64,000 nucleotides of DNA, taken from positions 2,095 to 66,094 of IMG/VR virus record IMGVR_UViG_3300020050_005381. The stretch is one strand, 5' to 3'. Shown here in pieces: positions 21,163 through 30,251 of this stretch. Source of the stretch: a virus. Its lineage: Duplodnaviria > Caudoviricetes. A program made the position numbers and the translations under genes. Below the pieces are notes generated by a model that was given only the letters and a program-made list of their open reading frames with translations, had not been told where the DNA came from and did no database searches. The number at the start of each line of letters is the position of its first letter. The first letter of the stretch is position 1.

Positions 21163-21349
21163 ACCTGATACGGTGTTCTTCCCCTAGGACGGGCTTCAGC
21201 TCTGGAGTCTTACCTGGGGGACTTCCAAAGAACCAATCCCAAAATGGATCACTCTTGGGCTGTGGTGTATAGTGGATGATTTTTAGCATTATAGCTAAAC
21301 AACCCATCCCACCAAAGAAACTCAGTATAATTAAGACTACGGCTTCCAT
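21029..21349 (-). CDS. Hypothetical small membrane protein (start uncertain)
   Basis: N-terminal hydrophobic stretch; 3' end overlaps the convergent + strand gene. Confidence 0.35.
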   Translation of the reverse strand: MEAVVLIILSFFGGMGCLAIMLKIIHYTPQPKSDPFWDWFFGSPPGKTPELKPVLGEEHRIRFTSDRVPLDPWTFPEVLPEDTDLRPKRYDPRVYHAERPWQNRSA

Positions 21350-21729
21350 AGATCCTCCACTTGAAGGGTGAGAGCGTCCAGCTCAGCTCGACACATACCG
21401 TTAAACTCTCTGGCGTGTTTCCCGGGTATGATATAGGTTATGTCTAGGTCTTCAACATAACCCGCAATATAACATCGACCACCAACGCGAGATCGCTTAT
21501 ACAGCCAGACAACCTGTTCAGGACGAAGGCATCCCGAGAATACTGGAGTATCATCTTGCTTGGGCATGGCCTTTACCTGTTTAAACTCGATCCAAAACTC
21601 CACACCGTTGATGCAGGCGTTTAGATCAGGCGTCCCAGGGCAGGCTGGATTCTCCACTCGAATGTCGTGTCCCGGGGGCAATTTCTTCCTCAGCCGTTTC
21701 CCGAATCGGGTCTCTGGTCCTCCACTCAT
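21337..21729 (-). CDS. PD-(D/E)XK nuclease / VRR-NUC-like resolvase
   Basis: GTPDLNACINGVEFWIEFK motif. Confidence 0.75.
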   Translation of the reverse strand: MSGGPETRFGKRLRKKLPPGHDIRVENPACPGTPDLNACINGVEFWIEFKQVKAMPKQDDTPVFSGCLRPEQVVWLYKRSRVGGRCYIAGYVEDLDITYIIPGKHAREFNGMCRAELDALTLQVEDLWKP

Positions 21730-22190
21730 AAATGACCCCAAGTCTCTTTTCTCTTGATTCTACAAACGGCCATTTGACCTATTCCATAGTCTTTAGCTAT
21801 CACTTTTTGAGCTCGAGGATCGCTTCTTATCTCCAGTACTTGAGAGGATGATAGCTTTACACCCCCAGCCCTTTCTCCCCGATTGTGAGCTTGCCTACCT
21901 TTACTTACCTTGTCGTCCATATTATCTTGGTGAGTACCGAGGAAGAGATGATTTGGATTTACACAAAGTTTATTGTCACACCTATGGAGCACATGTAGAC
22001 CTTCGGGTATTGTTCCATTACTTAACTCCCAGGAGACCTTATGAGCTCGACTGGACTTTATACCCACCCTATAACTCGGGGATACTTGACCATATCCACG
22101 ATCAAACTTACTTCCCATCCAAATCCAACAACCCCGGGGGTTTGACTTATCCACTTTGTCCCAAAAACTGGGCTTGATTACCAGTGACAT
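21726..22190 (-). CDS. HNH homing endonuclease
   Basis: FWDKV...CWIW...HVLHRCDNKLCVNPNHLFLGT plus C-terminal HTH. Confidence 0.9.
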   Translation of the reverse strand: MSLVIKPSFWDKVDKSNPRGCWIWMGSKFDRGYGQVSPSYRVGIKSSRAHKVSWELSNGTIPEGLHVLHRCDNKLCVNPNHLFLGTHQDNMDDKVSKGRQAHNRGERAGGVKLSSSQVLEIRSDPRAQKVIAKDYGIGQMAVCRIKRKETWGHL

Positions 22191-22258
22191 CTTGTTTGCT
22201 CCTGATGCAAAAAAGAGGCCGCATGACCGGCCCCCTCCTGTGTTACACCAGTTGAAGA

Positions 22259-22546
22259 TTACTCGTCGTTGTCTTCTTCAACTTCAGCGGCGGCCTTCTT
22301 GGACTTGCGAGCCTTCTTCGGCTTCGGCTCAGCTTCTGGGTCGACTTCAGCCTTTTCAGCCGGGGTCAGGAGAGCGATGATCTCGTCCTTGCGCTCGATC
22401 GGGAAGACCCAGCGGAAGCCTTCACCCTTTTCTTCACCAGCCAGCTTCTTGCGCAGCTTGACACGAGCGCCCTGCGGCTTGATGCCCATTTCCTTGCAGA
22501 TTTCGGCCAGGGTGATTTCGTTGGAATTGATTTGTTCGTCAGCCAT
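22259..22546 (-). CDS. Small DNA-binding protein (HTH-like paralogue 1)
   Basis: ITLAEICKEMGIKPQGARVKLRK...FRWVF; own promoter and GGAG RBS; K/E-rich tail. Confidence 0.65.
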   Translation of the reverse strand: MADEQINSNEITLAEICKEMGIKPQGARVKLRKKLAGEEKGEGFRWVFPIERKDEIIALLTPAEKAEVDPEAEPKPKKARKSKKAAAEVEEDNDE

Positions 22547-22577
22547 GATGTTGCTCCTAGAGTTGATTTGAAATTGT

Positions 22578-23876
22578 TTACAGGTTTGTTGGAACCGAAC
22601 TTTCATTATACCTATGTACACCTACCTTGTAAATGGATAATACGGCCTCGGACAACTTCTTCTTCTCGACTACGGCGTCATATACCACTTCATCCATGGA
22701 GCCTTTGACCAGAAGATAGTAGTACTTGGCTACTGGAGTGTCTACTAGCACGATACGGTCTTTGAACTGCTCCCACTTGAGGTAGGAATAATTCATGGAG
22801 AAGATAACCATGTGCTGGTGGTGAGCCAGGTTGATAGCTTCCCCCGCCGAGGGGTTGAGCAGGGTTATCTGACTACGGTCTTTTGGGTCATATTGATGCT
22901 TTCCTCGAATCTGGACATATTGGATTCCACGCTCACTAAGGCCCAAGGCAATGGCGTCCATTTCAGCTTTGTAGTTCGCGACAACACAGACAGATTGTCC
23001 CTTGAGTTCCCCGTCGAGTAAACTCCAGAGGAAATCGAGCTTGTCCGAGTGGACATGATGGGTAGTTCCTTCGTCATCTTTGAGGTAGCCTCCGCAGAGT
23101 TGATGTAACTTCAAGGCCTTAGTAAGGATCATAGGGGCCGTTACCAGGTTACCCTGTATTTCCGTCATTAGGGCCGTTTCTAATTCAGCGTACGCCTGGG
23201 AAAAGGCCTCTCCGGGGATCACGGGGTACTTCCTGGAACGTATTAGCGTCTTAACGGTGGCCACTTCCTCCCGTGTGACGCGATAGGATATGCTCTTTAG
23301 GATCCGCTTGAACTCTTCCTGGTTCTGATACCCCTCAATGGTGGGGAATGGGTCTTCACGCCCGTTGATGAAGCGCTCTCCCATGATCAGATAGCGTTCG
23401 GAGAATCTACCCCAGGTAGGGAAGAGGTCGGGCCGAATGAACCTGAGCTGGGAGTAATAATCCGACATACAGTTACCCTGGGGAGAACCCGACAGTATCA
23501 ACCTGTACTGGCTAAGCTTGCCTAGCTTCCAACAGGCTTTAGTCTGCTGACTACCGCGTTCCTTGATTCGGTGGCTCTCGTCGATGATGGTCAGGTCTAC
23601 TCGACGTAGGATATCTCTTTGCTTGATACGGAAAGACTCGAAGCTGTAGATCTCAAAGTACTCTTGATCTAACCCAACCAGAGCAATCTCCTGTCTCCAG
23701 ACTGGGATGGCCTTCTTGGGACAGATGATGATGTTGTCAGTGCAGTTCCAGAGCTTAGCTAGAGTGAGAGCTGTGACCGTCTTGCCCGTGCGTTGCTGCA
23801 TGAAAAGGCCATAGCCCTGATGGGAAGAGGCCGCCTCAACCGCCAGCTGCTGGTAGGGTCTAAGCTGAAAGGTCAT
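22578..23876 (-). CDS. SF2 (SNF2-like) DNA helicase
   Basis: Walker A QRTGKT, IIDESHRIK, LILSGSP, GEAINL motifs. Confidence 0.85.
   Translation of the reverse strand: MTFQLRPYQQLAVEAASSHQGYGLFMQQRTGKTVTALTLAKLWNCTDNIIICPKKAIPVWRQEIALVGLDQEYFEIYSFESFRIKQRDILRRVDLTIIDESHRIKERGSQQTKACWKLGKLSQYRLILSGSPQGNCMSDYYSQLRFIRPDLFPTWGRFSERYLIMGERFINGREDPFPTIEGYQNQEEFKRILKSISYRVTREEVATVKTLIRSRKYPVIPGEAFSQAYAELETALMTEIQGNLVTAPMILTKALKLHQLCGGYLKDDEGTTHHVHSDKLDFLWSLLDGELKGQSVCVVANYKAEMDAIALGLSERGIQYVQIRGKHQYDPKDRSQITLLNPSAGEAINLAHHQHMVIFSMNYSYLKWEQFKDRIVLVDTPVAKYYYLLVKGSMDEVVYDAVVEKKKLSEAVLSIYKVGVHRYNESSVPTNL
22605..22633 (-). promoter_or_regulatory. Sigma70-type promoter TTTACA-N17-TATAAT
   Basis: -35 at 22628-22633, -10 at 22605-22610, 17-bp spacer. 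Confidence 0.75.
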
Positions 23877-24214
23877 AGCCCCACGAATCTCATGTTGCAG
23901 GCACTGGAGCAGAAAGCATAGTTGCTGTCGAACCTGGCCTCGGCCTCAGGTACCTCTTTGCCGCACTGGTCACAGGTAACAATGCCATTGAACTCAGTGT
24001 AGGTCCCTAGTCCTCTCGAAGGAAACTGTCGAGCAGTGGGGTCAACGATGGTTCCATCGGGTTTGACGCACCACCAGTGCTGCTCGTTACGATCCCAGAG
24101 GGGGCACCAGTAGTGACCCCGAACCAGACGAAGTGTGGGGTCCTCCAGCACGGCTGCCTCGGACATTTCCTTACACTTGCCCCGGAACTTCAGGTAGTCA
24201 GAGTCTTTATTCAT
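23873..24214 (-). CDS. Hypothetical protein with Cys-His-Asp (transglutaminase/papain-like) pattern and C-terminal zinc finger
   Basis: RGKC...QHWWC...IVDPTARQF; CDQC...CSSAC. Confidence 0.55.
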   Translation of the reverse strand: MNKDSDYLKFRGKCKEMSEAAVLEDPTLRLVRGHYWCPLWDRNEQHWWCVKPDGTIVDPTARQFPSRGLGTYTEFNGIVTCDQCGKEVPEAEARFDSNYAFCSSACNMRFVGL

Positions 24215-24684
24215 GATGCGTCCTCATTTGCAAAGCACTCCTTTAACATACCAACAATCTTCTCGGCCTCTTCAGGGGACCATTCCCAACGACCCCCGGG
24301 TTTCTCGACAAGCTTACGTAGGAACTTACGGGCCTTGGAGGGCTCCCAGCCACTGGCTTCGCAAATCTGCTGGAGGCCCACTGTACCCCCGCTAAAACTA
24401 GGGGCGTCCCCAGTGGGCTCTGATTCTGCTGAATACCCCAGAATACCCCGTAAAACCACTCGGGCCTGGCGGGACATGGGCAGGAAGCTCTTGAGATAGA
24501 CTTCAGCGAAGTGTTCCGGGGTCGACTTCGTATGCTTCTTGAGTCGCATGAAGTCCTTAGCGGAAAGCTGAATGCAGTCGATAGACCCATCGCGCAGAGT
24601 GACGAAGTGACGGGTCTTACCAGCATCGCGGTACTGCAGGTAGGTGTGTTGATTGTGATCGGTGAAGATGAGATGTTCAGACAT
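24211..24684 (-). CDS. Protein with C-terminal HTH-like domain (paralogue 2)
   Basis: VGLQQICEASGWEPSKARKFLRK...GRWEW. Confidence 0.65.
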   Translation of the reverse strand: MSEHLIFTDHNQHTYLQYRDAGKTRHFVTLRDGSIDCIQLSAKDFMRLKKHTKSTPEHFAEVYLKSFLPMSRQARVVLRGILGYSAESEPTGDAPSFSGGTVGLQQICEASGWEPSKARKFLRKLVEKPGGRWEWSPEEAEKIVGMLKECFANEDAS

Positions 24685-24732
24685 TGGAGTGGCTCCCAGT
24701 GGGTACAAACCAATTATACCCTAAACCCAATG

Positions 24733-24756
24733 AAAAAGGGGACCTAAGCCCCCCTT
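24733..24756 (-). terminator. Rho-independent terminator
   Basis: Minus strand AAGGGGGGC-TTAG-GTCCCCTTTTT. Confidence 0.75.
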
Positions 24757-24778
24757 AATGCTGTTCCCGCTTCTTATG

Positions 24779-25066
24779 TTAGGAGTCGGGGAAGAGTTGT
24801 GTCACCAGCCCGGTCACCTGCTTCAGGCGGCGCTCGGTGAGCTCATATTCATCAACCAGCTCGATCACTTTGAGGAACTCGATGTCCCTCTGGGCGGCCT
24901 TTTCGTTGATCTTCATTTCAAGATCAGCTAGCTTTGTCTCTAGCTCAACCTTGATGATTTCCGCCTTGGCCTTGGCTGAACGAACGCGCAGTGGAATCAT
25001 TGACTCTTCGAGCTTTTCCTTGGTCAGGGTGATCAGCTCTTTGAAAGACTTGACTTGAAATGCCAT
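24779..25066 (-). CDS. Coiled-coil hypothetical protein
   Basis: GGAG RBS, K/E/L heptads. Confidence 0.65.
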   Translation of the reverse strand: MAFQVKSFKELITLTKEKLEESMIPLRVRSAKAKAEIIKVELETKLADLEMKINEKAAQRDIEFLKVIELVDEYELTERRLKQVTGLVTQLFPDS

Positions 25067-25075
25067 TTGAATCTC

Positions 25076-25417
25076 CTAAAGCAGTAGAAGTAACTGTTTG
25101 TTGATAGTGGGTGAAGCGGTAGCTACTACCGCATATGCGGTCTCAGGAAACGAGGCCTCAACCACGCCCCGATGAGATGGGGACTTAAGCTGTAGAATAT
25201 ATCCCCGGGGAAGTCGAAGAGCATAGTCCCCCTCACTTAGAGGTCTGGGCCAATCCCCAGAGTCGATATAGATCTCTGAGTGACCCTTATACATGACATC
25301 CTGTATCTCTACGCGACCCCGAAAGAACCCCTCGATAATGTAGCGAGTTTCTGAGCACTCAGTGGCAGTTAGTCCCCGAACCATGTGGTCGGGGATTACG
25401 GCACAGCAATACCTCAT
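25076..25417 (-). CDS. Hypothetical protein
   Basis: GAGGAG RBS, fills the gap in the operon. Confidence 0.55.
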   Translation of the reverse strand: MRYCCAVIPDHMVRGLTATECSETRYIIEGFFRGRVEIQDVMYKGHSEIYIDSGDWPRPLSEGDYALRLPRGYILQLKSPSHRGVVEASFPETAYAVVATASPTINKQLLLLL

Positions 25418-25454
25418 GTGATCTCCTCAAGGGGCGCTAGGCCCCTGTTATGAG

Positions 25455-26030
25455 TTACGCCAGAGTGATGTCCGAAGCGGCCAGTTCCCATTCTTCCTTG
25501 GAGCCGTTCACTTCAACTTCCACCACCACTACATCCCCCGAGGCTGAGGCCACGATACCGCTCATTTCCTCACCCTCGTATTCGAAGGTTACCTTAGCTC
25601 CCTTCTTCGGACCCTTACTGCTGGCCGCGGGTGCTGAAGGAGCAGCTTCACGCAGGAAGTCAGTAATACGGGGCTTCTGCTTACCCTGGTAGGTTTCATT
25701 GGCCACAACGCACATGACCTTGTTACCCTTGTAGGAACCCAGGTTCAGGCCGAACTTGCCATTGACTTCCTCACCCATAGCCTCCAGAAGACCCTTCAGG
25801 CGCCAGAGGGCCGTGGGCTTCAGAGAGGTGTTGTCATACACCGTGACGCCCTTATAGGTACCCTCAGCGACCTTCCACTTCCAGGCCAGGTATTGATTAC
25901 CCTCCTGGCTTTCCTTCTCCTCAACCGAGACAACCTCCAGCAGATAGTTGTCATCGGGAACGGAACGACCCCCGGACTCAACATCCGTAAAATCAACGGT
26001 TACATCACTACGTTTTTTCGGTCCAGCCAT
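25455..26030 (-). CDS. DUF669-like single-stranded DNA-binding protein
   Basis: VPDDNYLLEVVSVE...YDNTSLKPTALWRLK; follows a Sak4-like ATPase as is typical. Confidence 0.7.
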   Translation of the reverse strand: MAGPKKRSDVTVDFTDVESGGRSVPDDNYLLEVVSVEEKESQEGNQYLAWKWKVAEGTYKGVTVYDNTSLKPTALWRLKGLLEAMGEEVNGKFGLNLGSYKGNKVMCVVANETYQGKQKPRITDFLREAAPSAPAASSKGPKKGAKVTFEYEGEEMSGIVASASGDVVVVEVEVNGSKEEWELAASDITLA

Positions 26031-26036
26031 GATTGC

Positions 26037-26489
26037 TTACTCCTTGGTTAAGTATGTCCAACGCTTATGACTCTTAATAAGACTCACCAGGCCAATGGAT
26101 ATACTGTATTTTGCTGCTATTGATCGAAGTGTTCCAGTCTCTTCTCTAATTGATAGAACCTGAGACTCACTGAGGTTATTGCCACTTACTGAACTACCAC
26201 GAGCTTGTCTCCCCTTGCTTACTTTGTCATTAGAGTTATCTAAGTCAGTACCCAAGAAAAGATGGTAAGGATTTACACAAGCTCGATTGTCACAACTATG
26301 AAGCACTTTCATCCCCTGGGGTATAGGTCCAAAATGTAGCTCATAAGAGAATCTATGAGCTAAGGAGAGACCCAGAGAATAAGCCCCCAGCCTAAAAGAC
26401 CCATAACCCTCGGGTTTAAGCGTACCGATCCACTCCCAACATTGAGGGCCCTTTGAAACTTTACTCCAGAACCTTTCAAGTTGATTCAT
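26037..26489 (-). CDS. HNH homing endonuclease
   Basis: FWSKV...CWEW...[20 protein letters not shown] plus C-terminal HTH. Confidence 0.9.
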   Translation of the reverse strand: MNQLERFWSKVSKGPQCWEWIGTLKPEGYGSFRLGAYSLGLSLAHRFSYELHFGPIPQGMKVLHSCDNRACVNPYHLFLGTDLDNSNDKVSKGRQARGSSVSGNNLSESQVLSIREETGTLRSIAAKYSISIGLVSLIKSHKRWTYLTKE

Positions 26490-26494
26490 GTCAT

Positions 26495-27259
26495 CTACTT
26501 AGTCAGGGACTTACGAATGGGCTTCTTTTCACCCTCTGACATGAGCATCATTAGCTGGGAGAACTGAGGATCAACCAGATGGTCTGGGATGGTGGTTCCC
26601 AAGGGGTTCCTCATCTTGGTAGTGTAATATGCATGTGGACCGATACGCATACAGTATTCCACCTTACGGGACTTGTCTTCCAGGAACACCTCGCGAACGT
26701 ACGTGTTGCCGATGGCCTTGACAGCACCATTCAAGGTTCCGGCCACTGATGGCATCAGGCGAGCACCAATCTGGGGGTCGATGGTATCGTCATCCTCACC
26801 TGACTCACCTTTACTGGCACGGTCATGAGCGATGAACAAGACGTTAATATCATCCTCAACTAGGTCACGGTAGTTCAGCAGCCAGGTTTTCATCATACCG
26901 GAAACCACACCCCAAAGACGCTGGGACATAATCTCTTTTCCCTCTTCCACCATGGCGTGCTCCATACACAAATCCTGGAGGGAGGAAATTTGATCCAAGA
27001 TCACCGATTTGTACTTCTTCTCCTTTTTGAGATACCAGAAGACTTCCTCCACTTCTGACCAGGTGTTGACCGATACTACATCAACCCCATCACGGTCAGC
27101 AATGCTATCAGTACCTTTCTCCCGGATGTCAATCAGGAGTGCCGGGGTGGGGAATGACGCACCGAAGGTGGTCTTACCAGTTCCAGAGCGTCCATATACC
27201 AGCATGGACAGGACCTTCGGCAGGGCTTTCACCGAGGTAATACGATCCAAAACAGACAT
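26495..27259 (-). CDS. Sak4-like (AAA_24) ATPase / ssDNA annealing protein
   Basis: [25 protein letters not shown] motifs. Confidence 0.8.
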   Translation of the reverse strand: MSVLDRITSVKALPKVLSMLVYGRSGTGKTTFGASFPTPALLIDIREKGTDSIADRDGVDVVSVNTWSEVEEVFWYLKKEKKYKSVILDQISSLQDLCMEHAMVEEGKEIMSQRLWGVVSGMMKTWLLNYRDLVEDDINVLFIAHDRASKGESGEDDDTIDPQIGARLMPSVAGTLNGAVKAIGNTYVREVFLEDKSRKVEYCMRIGPHAYYTTKMRNPLGTTIPDHLVDPQFSQLMMLMSEGEKKPIRKSLTK

Positions 27260-27322
27260 TTACTTCTCCTCTCACTTAGTGAGTGAATGACCCGAAGATT
27301 CGGTCGGGTCGTCCGAACAGCA

Positions 27323-27351
27323 ATTATACCCTAAGCAGGCCGGATGGTAAA
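27323..27351 (-). promoter_or_regulatory. Sigma70-type promoter TTTACC-N17-TATAAT
   Basis: -35 at 27346-27351, -10 at 27323-27328. Confidence 0.6.
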
Positions 27352-28263
27352 TAACTGCTTCTTGATGAAAGATCCGTCCAATCCACGAACCTCAGCCGAG
27401 CAGAGCTGGTAGTAACTGCAGGATTTGCAGTCTCTGGTCATGTTCCTGCAGAAGCGCTTACCATCATGATTGAGCATTTCCCGAGCGGTGCCGAAGAAGT
27501 CCTCCACTACCTCGGTGATCAGCGTCTCTGAGGGCTTTGGAAGATAGACACGCTTGAAGAAGGTATTCTTAGCGGTCAGAGCTAGCATGTCAGCGTAGTT
27601 AGCGGGGTTGAGCCCATGGGCCACGATGGAGGCCATGTAGGTATCGGCATCACAGTCAATGTTCTTCCGCTTACTTAGCTGACCATTCTTCAGGAGTTCA
27701 GGAGCTGTGGGCGGCTTAGTCCGTAGGTAATCCCATAGGATGCCATCCACGTGCTCCCCGTTTTCCCGCATACCCCAGTAGTACAGGACCGTCTGGATGT
27801 CAGAGAAGCGTGTGTGCTCGTCTGGCAGGATCTTATGGGTCTTATGGTCATCCAGCCAGCGTCGGCCGTGCTGATCATCAGGTAGGGCGTCGATGATACC
27901 TTTGAACTTCATGCCCTTGTACTCAGCCAGCAGCTCGATTTCTGCTCGGCCACCATAATCCAGCCCATCCTTGGCCCAATGCTTGTTGTAACGAATGATG
28001 GTGGATTCCAGCTCTTCAGGGCGGGGATAGTCTTCGGCTTCCTCGCCCCAAAGGGTGTCATACACCTCTTTGTAGGTAGCCAGGGGCTCACGCCAGTCAG
28101 TCCCCTTGATCTGGGCTTCCAGCATAGCATGCAGAGTGGTTCCACGAAGCAGAGCGACAGGGGAGGTCTTACGCTGAAGACCCTGCTCATATTTGTAGTC
28201 ATAAGACTTTTGGCAGCGTCTCCAGGTTTTCACCTTAGACTGGCTGAAGTAATCTACTTCCAT
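27331..28263 (-). CDS. PD-(D/E)XK (Cas4/RecB-like) exonuclease
   Basis: FSQSKVKTWRRC, GTTLHAMLE, GIIDAL...DDHKT, CKSCSYYQLC. Confidence 0.85.
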   Translation of the reverse strand: MEVDYFSQSKVKTWRRCQKSYDYKYEQGLQRKTSPVALLRGTTLHAMLEAQIKGTDWREPLATYKEVYDTLWGEEAEDYPRPEELESTIIRYNKHWAKDGLDYGGRAEIELLAEYKGMKFKGIIDALPDDQHGRRWLDDHKTHKILPDEHTRFSDIQTVLYYWGMRENGEHVDGILWDYLRTKPPTAPELLKNGQLSKRKNIDCDADTYMASIVAHGLNPANYADMLALTAKNTFFKRVYLPKPSETLITEVVEDFFGTAREMLNHDGKRFCRNMTRDCKSCSYYQLCSAEVRGLDGSFIKKQLFTIRPA

Positions 28264-28267
28264 GATA

Positions 28268-29023
28268 TTACTCCTCAGCGTCCAGCTTGGCCAGAGCACG
28301 CTTAACCGTGTTGTTTTCCATCAGCTCGTCGATGAAGCTTTCGATGTCGAAGGACTGGATCAGCTCCTGATAGGCCTGAACCTGCATGGCCCGGGTCAGC
28401 TTCACCAGACGGGCATCATCCGGACGGAACTGTTGCTGGGCCAGCATAGCCAGGTTAGCGATCACCAGGCCACCGATCGTGGTGTCCACGTAACCGCGGA
28501 CCATCAACGGGGCTTTCTTAGCCAGTACTTCCTTGGCCTTCTTGTTAGCCAGACGACCGGCTTCTTGATAAGCGGCGACAGTGGCGGCGGATTTGTTGGA
28601 GTCGATAACGGTGTTCAACTTGGATGACATGATGATTTCCTTTTTGGTAGCGATAACAGGTGCGGCAGTGTTGGTTTTGACATTATAAGGCTGAATCCAT
28701 TCTTCGTCATCTTCTTCATCCTGATAGACATTGACATAAAGACGAGTGGAGAAATCCCCAGTGACATTATGTTTCGTCACCGTACAGTTCAGTGTTTCCC
28801 CCTGGCTGAGTAAGCTATGAATCCCCTGATTCAGTCCCTTGGGTATCCAACCTATTTGGGTATCCCCGGGATTGAGGAGAAAGACCCCGACGGCATAATC
28901 ATCATGTTCATTTTTAATCTTCAGAAGCTGAAGAGTTGTTCCGACTATGATACGGTTGACATGCTGTCCATATTTATGGAACGAGAGACCAGTAACGGAC
29001 CCTCGATAGACCAGTTGGCTCAT
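28268..29023 (-). CDS. HIRAN-domain protein fused in frame to a helical phage protein (internal start at 28630)
   Basis: VTGLSFH...LQLLKIKNEHDDYAVGV...IGWIPK is HIRAN-like; AAGGA RBS before ATG 28630. Confidence 0.7.
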   Translation of the reverse strand: MSQLVYRGSVTGLSFHKYGQHVNRIIVGTTLQLLKIKNEHDDYAVGVFLLNPGDTQIGWIPKGLNQGIHSLLSQGETLNCTVTKHNVTGDFSTRLYVNVYQDEEDDEEWIQPYNVKTNTAAPVIATKKEIIMSSKLNTVIDSNKSAATVAAYQEAGRLANKKAKEVLAKKAPLMVRGYVDTTIGGLVIANLAMLAQQQFRPDDARLVKLTRAMQVQAYQELIQSFDIESFIDELMENNTVKRALAKLDAEE

Positions 29024-29024
29024 A

Positions 29025-29786
29025 TTAGTGCTCCTGAGTAGCGTAAGTGGAGGCCAGGTCGAACAGCTCAGAGTTGAACTTAAAATCCCGCTTGACGTTC
29101 TTCACTGGCTTGATGTTAAGAGTACGATTGTTGGAAGTGACCCCCGAGAAACCTCCTTGAGTCAAGTTCTCTTGGACACGGTTGAAAACCCGCCAGAGGT
29201 CAGATCCCTTGTCAGCGTCCCGACGAGTCAGCAGCAGCTGCTCAGCCGTTACCGGGGTCTTATCACCCCAGCGGATGGCCATGGCTTTGTTAGCGAAGTC
29301 CACTTGCTCTTTGAATGGAACCTCAACTTCCATCCAGTCCTTGACCGTACCCGAGAGCTTGTGGGTAAGTTCATCCATTCGGCCCGTAACCGCGGTGATC
29401 TGTTCTTCCAGGTTCTTGATGTTGTAGTGCTTCAGCGAGACGCCCTCCCAGAGGGAACCGGCGACCATACCATTGGAGCAGACCATTCGGAACATACCCA
29501 GAGCCATACGCAGCGCCCAGGAGCCATTGTGTGAGTTCAGCACAATGATCTCGGGAGTGACACCCTCCACGTTGATGTCCAGAAAGTCTTTGTGACGCAG
29601 GCGAAGAGCATGGCGTGCGAACTGCGGGGTCTTGGAGTGTTTGGCAGCGTTGAATGAAGCCACCTGCCAGCCCATGTCCTGGAAGCGGGAGAGTACGTCA
29701 GCGGTCTTGATGTGAACGTACTTCTCACTCATCTTGGGGGAGTGAGTCTCAGAGTAAACTGCTGAGGGGAGGATGAGGTCAGACAT
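29025..29786 (-). CDS. DUF932/DUF945-family protein
   Basis: SEKYVHIKTADVL, IIVLNSHNGS, FRMVCSNG, DLWRVFNRVQEN motifs. Confidence 0.85.
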   Translation of the reverse strand: MSDLILPSAVYSETHSPKMSEKYVHIKTADVLSRFQDMGWQVASFNAAKHSKTPQFARHALRLRHKDFLDINVEGVTPEIIVLNSHNGSWALRMALGMFRMVCSNGMVAGSLWEGVSLKHYNIKNLEEQITAVTGRMDELTHKLSGTVKDWMEVEVPFKEQVDFANKAMAIRWGDKTPVTAEQLLLTRRDADKGSDLWRVFNRVQENLTQGGFSGVTSNNRTLNIKPVKNVKRDFKFNSELFDLASTYATQEH

Positions 29787-29864
29787 TTGAATCTCCCTGA
29801 AAGTGGTTGTAACCGAAGTCGGTAATCAGTGCCGACAAATCAATTATAAGGGATACAGCGAGTG

Positions 29865-30026
29865 TCAGGGGACCTTCTTCTCGATTAGCCTTCGACTTCG
29901 CTGAATAATGAGTCGACCGACTTCCCGGCCCAGGTTGTAGCTCATGCCCCGAAAGAAGCTCTGAAGAGCCATACCCATGGCCTTCTCAACCTGTCCCTGG
30001 GGTACCTTAGAAATCTTGGTCGTCAT
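29865..30026 (-). CDS. Small hypothetical protein (not in ORF track)
   Basis: AAGGAG RBS then MTTKISKVPQ...EKKVP, 53 aa. Confidence 0.5.
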   Translation of the reverse strand: MTTKISKVPQGQVEKAMGMALQSFFRGMSYNLGREVGRLIIQRSRRLIEKKVP

Positions 30027-30249
30027 TCTCAGCTCCTTGTGTCTTCGGGACGTATTGCTTGCAGATATGAAGAACTTCGGTAGCCGGGATCACCAGCCTC
30101 CATCCGGAATCCAGTTGCTTCCACTTGAGCCCCTTCATCCCACAATACTTGCAGACTGGAGAAGATGCCCGACGAGTGGAACCCTTTCGGTACCACTTCG
30201 GATAGGCATCCATCATGCTATCATTCAGGTAGTCGGCCATCTCTCCCAT
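30007..30249 (-). CDS. Small zinc-ribbon-like protein
   Basis: MGEMADY start, CKYCG...HICK. Confidence 0.6.
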   Translation of the reverse strand: MGEMADYLNDSMMDAYPKWYRKGSTRRASSPVCKYCGMKGLKWKQLDSGWRLVIPATEVLHICKQYVPKTQGAENDDQDF

Positions 30250-30251
30250 GA

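Noticed and set aside
29843-29868. Full sigma70 promoter upstream of DUF932
   Set aside because: TATAAT is present but the CTGACA hexamer is only 14 bp away, so it was not called as a canonical promoter
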